DNA of 63,645 nt, filler included, from Perkinsus chesapeaki ATCC PRA-425 (Eukaryota > Protista > Perkinsozoa): assembly GCA_013115145.1 (NCBI GenBank). It is 6 parts of 6 records of this genome, joined end to end, with 100 filler letters (N's around TTAATTAATTAA, not from the genome) between each part and the next. Parts side by side here need not be neighbours in the genome. Positions count along the whole stretch, not along the records: positions 1 to 22,491 come from JAAPAO010000579.1; positions 22,592 to 52,643 come from JAAPAO010000446.1; 4 more parts are not named here. One strand, 5' to 3'. A model generated the notes under the pieces. It was given only the letters and a program-made list of their open reading frames with translations, was not told where the DNA came from and ran no database searches. Made by a program: the position numbers and the translations under genes. Below are positions 22,429 through 34,975 of the stretch, in pieces. Numbering within the stretch: the stretch's first letter is position 1; the number at the start of each line of letters is the position of its first letter.

Positions 22429-22591
22429 ATTTAGTTGCTTCGTTTTCTGAATCTCAACATGCCCTCTCCCATAGAAGACGCTATCCGACAGNNNNNNNNN
22501 NNNNNNNNNNNNNNNNNNNNNNNNNNNNNNNNNNNTTAATTAATTAANNNNNNNNNNNNNNNNNNNNNNNNNNNNNNNNNNNNNNNNNNNN

Positions 22592-22661
22592 CGATGCAGG
22601 GCTCGAACCTGCGACCCTCGCGTTATTAGCACGATGCTCTAACCGACTGAGCTAAACGACC
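22592..22661 (-). tRNA. trnI-AAT: tRNA-Ile(AAT), 3' end truncated by N gap
   Basis: Reverse complement GGTCGTTTAGCTCAGTCGGTTAGAGCATCGTGCTAATAACGCGAGGGTCGCAGGTTCGAGCCCTGCATCG; anticodon loop CTAATAA. Confidence 0.92.
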
Positions 22662-22730
22662 GTTAACGACACTTTCAGTGGTCTATTGCCGACTATACCA
22701 GGTTAGACAGCTTCCCACCGAAGCTTGGGG

Positions 22731-24468
22731 CTAGACTTGGAGTTCGAGCTGAAGGGAACAGCGTCCACCAACTGTGGCGTTGGAATGGACCCGACATCCT
22801 AGCTACTGTGCACGCTCATTTCGTCATCGGTAGTCAGTATTCACTCACTTGCTAGTCTGGATGATAATGCCACCAGCCACCCCAACGGTGTCTATATCTA
22901 TCTCACTGCCGTGCTTGACACCCGGTAGCTCTACATCTAAGCGTATCTTCTCAGGTACATTCCAATGGACGGACGGAGCTGACGAATGGCCTGATGGAAG
23001 CATTATAGCAGGACAAGCGCACCCGATGTTACCAGCTGACGAATCCACGAAACTCGAGAGATCTCGGAGCTCTCCGATTTCTACTATCTTGTATTTGGGT
23101 TGCAGAATCAGCCCGGAAGGGACATCAGTGCCGTCAGGGATGGACTCGCCTACATCCTAAGATACTATGCATACGAGACCTTTGCAGTTCCGCTGAAATT
23201 ATCATTCTTTGCATGCGCAGGTAGCCCACTTGGTCCCTTTCGGCCGTAACCGGGGGTTCAGCTTCTGTACTTTCCTTTGCCTTGTCCTCATCGCGTTCTC
23301 TCTTTGCTTGCTTCTGCATCTTCCGCAACTCTGCCGGAGTGACTCCTTCAACCTGCCGTCAGATATTCATCCGATGATGCCCGCAGCCCCAAACTTGCCT
23401 TCTTCTGCTTGCCCTCACCAACCACTCTCGTTGTCAGCAGCATCTCCTCACTGACGCTCATCGGCATAGGAGTGCCGCCTTTGCACCGCATCTTACGCAA
23501 TACCTATTCCAGACCACACTCTATGAGTGAGTACATCCCGAGAGGAAAGGTACTTTGAAGTCCCTCGATACCGTCTCTCCTCCCTTCAAACAGGATGCTG
23601 TTATGGCTTCGCATACGGTGTCGACCACCAGCTTGAGTATTGCCTCGTTCTGCACTGCTTGCACAAACGTACGCTACAACGTAGTGTATTTATAAAACAC
23701 ATGGCCTCTCCCAGGATACTTGGCTGACTGCCACATCCGAGACCATACACAAGTGGCCATTCTTGTCTCTATCAGGTCTTGGAGGTGAGGCCGAATACGG
23801 CAGGGAAACGGCATATCCGGACGCACTTTTAGCAGACATCGGGCTGAGAATAGATACGATCTCCCCCGTGAAGCTCACAATTCCTGGCAACTTTCATCTC
23901 CGCTCCAGTTATATGCCAGAAAGGCCATGGAGATAAGCCATTCTCTGCTATTACTCCTCGTGTGCCTTAGGACCCTGCCTCTTAAACTGAACGTCCCCCA
24001 GCTTATCGGTGTGACAGATATTCAGGAACAACTTCTGAATTTGACCAGATTGGAACCTTATCGACGTCTTAACACAAACGCCTGACAGTTCAGCCAATAA
24101 CCCAGCACGGTCCTCTGAAAGGTACACCACCAGGCTCGCATCTCAAGAGGACCTTTCCCTTCGGCATTTCCCCTGCATCCTCCAGTTGCTTCAAATACTG
24201 CTCATACTCCTAATAAAAGCATTTGCGCTCTAGCCTCATGCTGCTTCCTTGTACTTTTTTGTTCTTCGGGTCCGAGATCTCATTTATGTACTCTTCAAAA
24301 TGCTCCCTGAACTCTGGCTTCTTCATAGCACGAGTCAGCTGGCTAACCTGGTCATAGATTTCTGCGACATTCGAAGGGGATAGGTGTACTAACCTCTTCA
24401 TGGGTTATATCTTTGGCAAGCTCCTTCATTACTTCCGGGTCGAATGGGTCATGTCCGGTCGATGCCAT
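22731..24468 (-). CDS. DNAAF2: Dynein axonemal assembly factor 2 (kintoun/PF13), PIH1-CS domain protein
   Basis: N-terminus EEVSQLTRAMKKPEFREHFEEYINEISDPKNKK, PIH1 motif SLPYSASPPRPDRDKNGHLCMVSDVAV, and CS-like IRLDVELPGVKHGSEIDID. ATG at 24468; probable stop TAG at 22731. Confidence 0.8.
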
Positions 24469-25097
24469 CGAGACCACGGAATCCACAAAGCAATAAAATG
24501 CAGCCCAACTCTTTCCTATGAAAGGATTCGACCCGGACTGGCACTACAACCAGAGTCAATATTTCGAAACTGAAACCATCAACTGAGGATATTCAAACGA
24601 ATTGAAGCCTCTTTTGTCGTAGATATGTGATTAACTTTGAAATCCAAATGATGTTGTAATAGTTATACGTTATGCTGAGCACACACTCATATAGACGGCC
24701 ACCTCAGTTAGCGTATCCTGTATCGCAGAGGTGGCTGAGTGAAACACATAATATAGGTGTCGAGGAATTCTCCCTCTCACGGCGAAGACCTGCTCCAGAA
24801 TTCATAGTTCTAACAAGCAAGCAGGTTTAGCAAGCCCCTGCTCTGTAGAGCATGCTCCAACTCTGGCTCTACCAACTATGACGCTTATGGTCGTATAGAT
24901 GTCTGATGATATGGCGCATAGAACAAAAGTTACGACACTCACCGTTAGCGAGCGCGAAGAACCCGTAGGTACGGCGCGGCAATCAGCACGTCACAGCAAA
25001 ACCGCGTCACGCCTCCACTGAAAGTCTATGTGCGACATACTGTAACACGGTTGGCACATACTACGATTGCGAACAAACGACATTGTGTCGATAGATA

Positions 25098-25171
25098 TGG
25101 TCGATGCAGGGCTCGAACCTGCGACCCTCGCGTTATTAGCACGATGCTCTAACCGACTGAGCTAAACGACC
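25098..25171 (-). tRNA. trnI-AAT: tRNA-Ile(AAT)
   Basis: Complete 74-nt cloverleaf, identical to the visible part of the copy at 22592-22661. Confidence 0.95.
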
Positions 25172-25589
25172 GGTGATTAGTATATCGTCCAAATACACTC
25201 CGGAGTACCTAGTCTTGCCTGAAAAACCTGCCCTAGAGGCCGAAACAAGCCATCCGTCGAGCCATTTCCTATGAGAATAGTTCTGTCCTCACCTGTACAT
25301 GTGCCACAAGCCACCATCAGCCAACGAAGCCACTAAAGAACATGCATACTCGGGCGAACCTGCGCGCCGTGCCATGTCGCTGGGCGCACTCACGCGCACA
25401 CTGGCGAATCCAAGCATATGATCAAGAATCCGCGTAGAACCGATAGTATGAGGGACTAGACAATCATTCCACAGCACACGTGTTGGTCCTGTGCCCCAGC
25501 AGCGGCTATAAGCGGTATCGGGCTAGATACATTAAAACACTTCACACTACTCCTGCTATATTCACAAACAGCTTTAACATTACAAGTCA

Positions 25590-27076
25590 TTATTTACGGG
25601 AATAGATATCAACTGCCTTCCGGAGAGTCTCATGCGATGGTCGGAAGGGAATTTCACCGCCGCTTGTTCGCACACGCGGCGTCAGTTGTCGTTGGCCTCC
25701 TTTCGTTGGCATGCCTTTAGTTCTTTCGCTATCTGCACCACTTCCAGGTGGTAGCTCTGGTATAACGGGAAGCTCCTGACTTATGTGGGGTATCACATGT
25801 GGTGCCGAGTACTTTACCAATGCTCCTATCTTTGACACGCCAACGGATACCTGATTAAGATAATGGACAAGGTTAAGAAGAACGAGACGATCACAAGGTG
25901 ATGAACGACATAATGATGGTAGAACTCGAGTAAACGACGCGCAAACTCGGTCGTCTTGATCGCGCTTGCTAGCCCATCATACGCTTCGAAACGCACCTGC
26001 TTCAGTTTGACCCTAGTCGATTCCAGGTTCTTGTTTGAAGCCATAAGCTTCCGCCGAAGGTCTCCCGAACGCCTCTTCTCCTCACGCAGCTCCGTACGTA
26101 GCCGGTCGAGTTCAATTCTTAACACGGCGTTATCATGCCTTAAGTTGGATATGGTAGCTTCTTGAGCAGTTACCTGAAGTATCATTCATCACTTTGTAAG
26201 CATCAGAGAGCTGCTGCTGGCTCACCTGGGCATCCGCCTCTGTGAGCTTCCGCTGTAAATAATGGACATTGGTGCTCATACCAGGAATCGAGCGCATGCG
26301 AGCCACCCGTGCTGAATCCACGCGAACGTGGCGCCCTTTCGTTTTCCCTCCACGGGAAATGGGGCACCTTGCCGAGCCAATTCTCGAGACCTACAGGACA
26401 GCGCATGCAGCGAGAAACCCTAATCGACGTCGTCCAACGAGGCACTTCCCGCGCTATTCAATCTGATGCTACTACCTCGGTGGATATCCGTTCAACATCA
26501 TGTGCCAGTTTCGACAAGATATCAACATCGCTCGTGAGCACCCTCTGAATTTTCGCTAGGCCTTCCTCCTCCACCGAGACCGGTTCCGCCGCCTCCTTTG
26601 CTTCTTTATTGTCCGACTCAGCATTGTCTGATTGAGAGCTGCCGTCTGGTAGCTTCGTCACTTCACCACTACTCTTTGTCAGAGGACTCCCAGCTCCACC
26701 TGAGTTCAATCACGTTCACCTCCGAAACCTCGATAGGAGAGGAGGCGAAGTCTTGCAGTTCACGAATCTTTGGATAGAGTACTATAAACCACAAATTGGA
26801 AGCAAGTCCCGTGGCTTATGACAGCATTGGAATTATCTCGCGCTTGGTGTTGACTTAAAGCTAATTTTCCAAGGTACGAAAGCCGACAACGCCGCCTGTA
26901 TTACCCGTTATTGACCGCACAGTTATAGCATCGCTACTAATGTCTGGTTTTAATGACACTTGAATTGGCGTGCTTCGTTTACTAGGACTATTCTCTCCTT
27001 CAGCCTCACTCGAGTCTGGCTGTAAAAACTCTTCCGGCGATTGATCGGAAGGGGATTCAGGAGGAGAGTCGGACAT
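25590..27076 (-). CDS. Hypothetical coiled-coil protein (multi-exon)
   Basis: Exons 26861-27076, 26458-26709, 26133-26321, 25826-26185 (heptad-rich LRIELDRLRTELREEKRR) and 25590-25838. No family motif. Confidence 0.55.
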
Positions 27077-27522
27077 GCACACAGTATGGCTCAACTGTGG
27101 GGGTTAGCCGGTAGTAGTAAGCAACTCAGTGCTGCTACTGTTGTGTTCGATGGCCGAGCGGCAAACGAGAGGAGTGGTGGCGTCACTACTTCGGAAAGTC
27201 AGTTAGCCCTATGCATATTGAGAACGCTAACCCAAAAAGGTGTATGGTTAATCTTAACAATGATAACATAGCCTTAGCTTTACTATGGTAGAGGAACCCT
27301 TTCTTAATTGACACGAACCACGACATCGCCAGAGCATCGGTCGACTTGGAGAAACTGTATGTTACGAATGCTTAGTATAGGAGAAGGAGAAGGACTATGT
27401 GACAAATACAACACGGTAATCTATACGATTGCTCCTTCCATCCAAAATAACAGTGGCAATATTTCAATCAACCCACTTCACATACAACCGAATCAAATGT
27501 ACTGGAGCGAGCATCGATAAGA

Positions 27523-29019
27523 TCAGGCCAAAGGCACTACAGCGCCACCACCAGGGATATCGGCACTTCGATCTATAGGTCGTCTCGAGGCTTCCGGAAC
27601 TGGTTGTCGCCAGCCCTGCATGCATCCTCCCAGACAGAAATAATGGAATGCCTTGGAAGTTGTACGAGCTACGCAGGATGCCAATTTTCGCGGAGCACTC
27701 GTCGATTTTGGGGCACCACGTCGCACGGCAGCCTCAACGGCCGGCAACATACCAGATCGCCGGCGTGCGGCAAGCAATGGATATTCCGGTCCGAAATCAG
27801 ACAGTTGAGACCGTGCCGAGTAAAATGCAATGTCACCCCAAGTGGAGCCACGAGACCTAAATCTCGAAGTGGTGACTGGCGGATACCCCGTCTGGATGAC
27901 AGACTCCCACCATGGAGACAGACATTTGTTAGCGATAAGCATATCAAAGTAATACTCGTCAGTGACCATATCTTTCATAACTATATGAACAGGTTGGGGG
28001 CCGATGATCCGTGATAGGCTAGTGCCCGATGCACCCAATACCTTACGGACGTCCCAAGTAGCAAAATCACAGTACATTGAATAGTAGCAGAATGTATAAA
28101 CTTTCCCTGGTTGGAAAACGTGGTCCCTGGGCACCTTGCCCAGGATATCCGACTTCTGGCAAATATCCGGGGTGGTAGGATCACCAGGCTCGCTGCAAAT
28201 AATCGTATCAGCACAGTACATAGGAAAGAGGAAATGGAATTTTTCCCCAGCCGGAAGCCTCGACTCCCCATCATAATTACAATCCAATGGATAGCCTTTA
28301 GCACCGCTTATACGTGTTGCCACCGACAGCATGATCCGAACCACAGTTCTCGTCGCCAGGCCGAATTCCGGCAGCTCGTAGTCAACTTCCGCGCCAAATT
28401 GTACTGTTGGAGGCAGCCTTCGTTTAAACATACCCTGCCATCGAAACTCCCACCGTCTGAAACAACAATATATCCCGGAATTGACAGAATTAGAATAAAA
28501 ACGCCCGGATAAGCGCGCGACATATATGCAATGGAAGACATTCACAATTTATGATTTTCACCGACCTCAGAACATCACTAATACGTCGTATAGTTCGTAT
28601 CTCGCTCCTCTACCTTCCATTATTACCGTTGTTTCGGGGCCATATATGCCTCGTATGGAGACGTCATGCTATCGTCAATGGTCTTGTGAATTACAACTGC
28701 TGTGCCGACAAAGTAATCGTTTTCAATCTTGGTAGGCTGGGGATCGTTCGAAAGAATTCGGCTTTTATCAGAGACAAGCCTCGGATCCTTCGCCTTGTGT
28801 AGATCGTACACACCAAAATAGTTGTCCAGCGAATCAGCAATATCCTCCTGTCCTGCTATTGACAGCGACTTGTATGCGGATGCTGGAGACGGTGAGTTCG
28901 ATGAGTACATCAGACAAAAAAGGCCAGTAAGCTGCAGGAAGGCTTCCACTAAATGTCACCGATTGGGCGCAGTTGGCTGTCCGGCAAAGTTCAAATAGAG
29001 ATTTATATCCTTCCAACAT
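27523..29019 (-). CDS. DUF1769-family protein, paralogue 1
   Basis: RRWEFRWQGMFK, FLFPMYCADTII, GKVYTFCYYSMYCDFATW; upstream exon ENDYFVGTAVVIHK. DUF1769 assignment is from motif recall. Confidence 0.7.
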
Positions 29020-29603
29020 TTACTTTCCGATGAATGCCGTTTACAGAAGTGCTCTCCCATAACCCCACCTAAGATAATTTTTATGCGGATCCGCTCTGCA
29101 CCTACAGCCGCCATATGTGCCAAAAACAGTTCGGATATGATTGAAGCTAACGGCAGCGACGTTCTAGTGAATGCTAATTCACAGACGCTGTGTCTTTAGT
29201 TAGGCGTGTCGCAGAGACATAACGGCGACTGTTTACGAAAACTACATTAGACTACTTGCCAACTATACAGTTCGACGAAGAGCTACAGATGAGAGAAACA
29301 GTCTTATTCACATAGGAAAGTTCCGGCATGGGTGGCGTTAATGACACTGCTGAGGCAGACGCGACGGCAGTACAAAATCGACACTCTTGAATCACTTCGC
29401 TCCGTCTAAGCTAAAAGCGCCCGCCTCGAAATATATTCTGTCAACTGCAATCTTCCCCTAGTCCACCTTCGTTCGGTTTAACTACAACGGGCCTCTGACC
29501 ACTATGAGCTGTGTTGCAGAAAGATTGCAGCTTTAGACTTGGGTCGCTAGGACATCATGCTGTCATTTCAGTCGCTAGTTTTATTCATCGATAATTTATT
29601 CAC

Positions 29604-30525
<922 letters not shown>

Positions 30526-30812
30526 ACCATGTAGGTGATCCACTCCCTCAAATCGCTGATTTTTCATTCGATTCGATTAGATGCCCGCCAGACCCTAGGG
30601 TAAGATATATACGGTTTCTACTTTGTTCCTATGCCCCAAGGCCTTGCTCTTGGGTCACGCCGCCGCCGCCGAGTTCGGTTTTCTTCAATGATGAAATCTC
30701 GTTACTCGAATACTAATATGCAGAAACACACCGTTTCTTCATTGGAAGTATGTTGGGATGTCAATTACGGGATGTCTAGTACTGATCGGAGCGCGCGTTG
30801 CAGTGAGTCCAG

Positions 30813-31932
30813 ATGGCCACCGCCACTGCCGATGGTAATGTAGTAGAGGATGAGGCGGACCGGGAATTAGAAAAGCTCCAGGGTGCCGTCAACAAGCTGG
30901 TGGGCATTTTGCATATGGGCCTGGCCGTGCTTCTATTATAAGCTTAGAACTTATTTAGTATAGACAACACCAATGGTATAGCCTAGACCCTTAAAGAGTG
31001 TTAATGTTGGGCACGAAGCGGCGGTGATATGTACATAGCGATATGTTAGGCAACAAAAGAGAGCATATCGGAAGATTCCTTGCGACGATTAGACCGACAG
31101 ACCTATAAGTCAGAGGAGGCCGTCGACGCCTTGCAAATTGAGGGTATTCCTGAGGAGAGGATACACCAACGGCGAACACGGTATGTATCTTTGAAAGTCC
31201 TTTGGGAAGGACCAGCTCAGTCTGTTGGCTTTGAGAAGGGCCATCGATGCTGCCAAACGCAACTTGGACCGGAAGTCTGTGATGTCCACGCGGTTTGAGG
31301 ATTTGCCGAAGGGGCATGCTGGCAGCTATCGTGGAACTGAGGACCCTACACAGGCAAGACTAACCTACTCATGCGAGTTATCAATTTACAAAGCTTTTGG
31401 TCTCATAAAAGTCATAGGTTCAAACCAGCGTTCAGGCCATACAGCTCGGGCATGCCATCGCCAATAAGTCCATCGAATCAGTATCTCGGTGGGTAGCCGA
31501 CCCTGCCGTGAAGCAGAAAGTATCCGGAATTCAGGACCAAGATCATAGCCCGCGAGACTGAGGAGATCGGACGTAACACACTGAGAGAAATGCATCAACA
31601 ACAAGGCAAGGCGGAGAAGGTAAAACAGGGAAACCTGCTGGTGACCGTGTTGGTAGGGCTTAATCAGATTGTAGAGCACTTTGACTCTATTGAATCCAAC
31701 TTGCAACGGGCACGGAGTGTCGTGAAGCAAATAGCACGAGGAGCTGCCAATGACAGGTGATGTCAATAGACGATCATATGGGTTCAAGAACGGACTGATC
31801 GATCTCAGGTGCGTACAGGTACTGTGTTTCTTCATAGGCATTGCAACTCTAGTGATCATAATCCTAAAGGCTACAGGGGGCAGCGATAACTTACTACAGG
31901 AGGAGGGCCAGCCTGCTGTTGTCGCTCTTTAA
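30813..31932 (+). CDS. Qb-SNARE, NPSN-like
   Basis: N-terminal helical exons, SNARE helix TKIIARETEEIGRNTLREMHQQQ...FDSIESNLQRARSVVKQIAR, then ANDRCVQVLCFFIGIATLVIIILK TM anchor, matching the NPSN D(K/R)C + TM pattern. Confidence 0.7.
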
Positions 31933-31945
31933 TGCATTCCGAGAC

Positions 31946-32699
31946 ATGCCAACAACTAATGGAGTTCTTTCGTGGACCCTCCTCGGCTCCAGTGTTCATC
32001 AACGGGCTGTGAGAGCATCGTTTGGCTCAGTGTTTTTGAACTTATACCATGAACCCAACGGCGCCTACAGTAGGTGGGTATTCCGCGACAGCCACCGGGC
32101 TTAAGTTACGAGTGCAGAACGTCGCCCGCTCTCTGCAGGTAGGACGGTGCCCGCTCGTACCGAGTCACGGTTCGAGCTCCGCGCGAGATGTGGTTCCGCG
32201 AAATCCCGGTGTGGCTCAAATCACTCATGACTGACTAATTTCAGAACCAGACAGACGTCTTGGGTGAGGATCGAACCCACATAGATAATATCAAGTCTGC
32301 CGCCTCCTCCACAGACAACGGCCTCGGCAAGGACCTCGAGGACATAAAGCGGTGCGCCGCCAAAGCAGTGTATCTGAGGTTCACTGCTCCAGTAGGTACT
32401 TTCAAGCTGAACTGCAACAGATCGAGGAGGATTTTAAAATTAAGGTGAGTTGCCTTTCGTCAAGTGGATACCGTGGTCGGACGGTCTGAAGCTGCTGTGG
32501 CGGGCTCAGGTAGACATCCAGAAGAATGAGAACGTTCGCCTCCAGCAATGCCTCACGACCTTGAAAAGTAGGCTTGTAGTGATTTTCGACGCCAAGTTAG
32601 TAACGGTTCTTTGTAGCTGAAAAGACTATGTTACACCAGCAAATTGTGTCCATGCAGCATAAAGTGGATGAAATAGAAGAGGAGATCGGCACGGAGTAG
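31946..32699 (+). CDS. Hypothetical small coiled-coil protein
   Basis: Short exons ending ELQQIEEDFKIK / IQKNENVRLQQCLTTLK / EKTMLHQQIVSMQHKVDEIEEEIGTE*. Confidence 0.45.
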
Positions 32700-32939
32700 C
32701 CAAGCCATTACGCCTCTTCAGCCTTCTGTGCTGCCTATGGAATGTGTATCAATGTAGATGTACAAAATCATCATCATCATCATCATCATGGCTACCGGCG
32801 GATGTGATCCTAAATGCATTGTGCCGAGTTCTGCCTTAACCATTCATACCTAACTGAAAGACGATGGTTAAGCTTTGAATAGTTGAGTAGGTCAGACGTA
32901 TATATTCAGAAATGTAGGGGTCTCTTGATTTTGAAATAA

Positions 32940-34189
32940 ATGACGCATCCGGTCATTCAAGACTCCCCTGTGAGGAAGAGTCCTCGCCATGATGACGGCA
33001 GTAAAGTGGACCCCCAGAGCACCTTCGACTTCTATGGCGCCTGTTACGATGTGTCCCTCGATGGGAAAATAAGGGAGAGTCGACGTCTGCCCGTCAACGC
33101 TCCTGAGTAGCTGTTCATCATTGTATCTTATACTCTTTATCGGTTCCTCAGGCCGATGCCGTTCGAGACGGATCTGTTTAAGGGACACATCATGGTCATG
33201 CACAAGCCGCCAGGTCCGGATGGTACTCCGTTCCGCTACTTGGAGTATCTCGGACCTAAACGGAGGTAAGCCTTGCAAACCCGCTACAGAGTTAAGTAGG
33301 TCCTTGTAGGCGCTGGGAGATGAGGTGGCAGGGTCAATTCAAAAAGGACGTCCCTCCTGATTTGCGCTTCGGCCTCGAAGTCGACAACGATCCACCAGAG
33401 CTTGGTTTCGCTGCACGCACTCTGGTCCGGTTTCTTCTCAAAGTCGCGTCGCGCCTAGCAGAGGCTCGTGGTTCTCATTTATACTGCAACTATGGAAATC
33501 AGCGCCACAGCGACTACGGTGCCACTTACTTCATGTTTCCTCTACAGTCGGCCGACACTGTCCTCGAGCACGATCCTAACGATCCCAACATCCCCGAGAT
33601 ATGCACAAATGATCAACTGAAGGGAACTGTACCAATGGGTTACAAATTCAGAACTGATAAGGTGTACACATTTTGCTACTACTCCATGTACTGTGATTTT
33701 GTTACATGGGACATCCGCAACGTATTTGGTGCGTCGGGCACTTGCTTGAAGTCTATGCTGGGCCCGCAGCCCTTCCGCATAGCATTGAAAGATGCTGCTA
33801 CTAACGAGTACTACATGAACATGCTGCTAGCCCATAGAACTTTGACTAGAGAGTGGGCAGCGTATTTTGAAAGTCAAGATGAAATCGAAATGCAACGAGA
33901 GCACAGCGTTGCGAGCTTCTATTCCGCACTGAGCGGCAACGAATCCCCTAGAGTGTCCTACGTCCACACACTGAGTACACCGCCGACAAGAAGGTCAATC
34001 AGATCCCGCGTTTGGGAGTGGATATTCGTGCCATGTCTGGCATCTCGAAGGCAGCTCGCAGAACAGAGTTCCAGAGCCTGCCAGGAAATGGTCATGAACT
34101 CGTTGTCAACCAGCGGTGTGAGCAAGCCAGCGACTACCAGGCGTCGCCGCCGCCGTCGGCATCTGGCCAGGCTTGGGCAAAGGTGTTGA
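32940..34189 (+). CDS. DUF1769-family protein, paralogue 2
   Basis: FETDLFKGHIMVMHK, RWEMRWQGQFKK, FMFPLQSADTVL, DKVYTFCYYSMYCDFVTW; clearly homologous to 27523-29019. Confidence 0.72.
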
Positions 34190-34278
34190 ATTAACTGCAT
34201 CATTCGACAGTGAAGCTTTCCTATTGTAGCTCGTACTATTGCTGCATGCTTGTTTTGGTGAAGACGTTCATGGGCCTG

Positions 34279-34613
34279 CAAGTGTTGTGTTCAAGTAAAT
34301 AGCTATCTCTTCGGGAGAGTGGGAAGAGGGCGACATTGCCTTGCAGCAATGTAGAGCAGTTGCTGGAGGCAAAGTCGCGAGCTAGGCGTCGATACCTGAA
34401 CGGATGAGTCAGTCACAAGACTCTATCACTGTGACGTGCCGACTGCAAGGCCGTCAGCTAAAGGTATCAGACACCTAGCTCCTCCCGAAAGAGACAAAAA
34501 AAATGTTGCCTTTTTTGGCACAATACTGCTACAGCAGGATGAACCGGGAGGTTAGCGAGAAGCCCATGTGGTTACACTGGTGGCCTTGAACCACTACTTG
34601 AACACAACCCTTG
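34279..34613. other. Highly self-complementary 335-nt element (candidate structured ncRNA or MITE)
   Basis: 18/19 terminal inverted match (34279-34297 with 34595-34613), a 12-bp inner stem (34306-34317 with 34482-34494) and two abutting multi-stem hairpins (34330-34378; 34379-34481). Confidence 0.5.
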
Positions 34614-34975
34614 GCCGTCATCGCATGGGCACTCGCTCGCCCGTAATATATATATAGTTGTGCGACACATCTCTGGTGCGCAACGGACATGCTCTCCCTG
34701 CGATACGCGTATTTACTCTACACACAACAAGTTGTGCTCCGCATTAAATACGGGAAGAGAGGATGACATTATTCTTCCACTCAGTAGAGATATATCGCGA
34801 TAGACGACTGTGCATTAACCCCCCGTACACTCAAGATGTGACGATCAAGAGGTGTAGGCGCATCTACATGACTGGTAACGCAAGGCGTGCATCCTATAAC
34901 AGCTGAAGGCCAAAAAGACTTAAAGTGGTGAATCATGCGAAGGTGTCAATAAGACATGTACAGTGACGATATTGG

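Noticed and set aside
22536-22547. TTAATTAATTAA palindrome inside N runs (also 52688-52699, 55426-55437, 57523-57534, 61151-61162)
   Set aside because: Identical 12-mer centred in N padding at five places; it places stops in all six frames and is a scaffolding linker, not biology.
25505-25525. CCCGATACCGCTTA resembling the yeast RNase P CR-V motif
   Set aside because: It would require the rest of the RNA to overlap the coding 3' end of the 25590 gene, and no matching CR-I/P4 partner was found.
32769-32790. (TCA)n microsatellite (similar short run near 37920)
   Set aside because: Ordinary short trinucleotide runs.
34187-34189. Cys-UGA end of DUF1769 paralogue 2 as a second selenocysteine
   Set aside because: The paralogue has no equivalent, and the downstream AUGA...AA...GA hairpin has a short, mismatched helix II; kept only as a test within the 34279-34613 finding.
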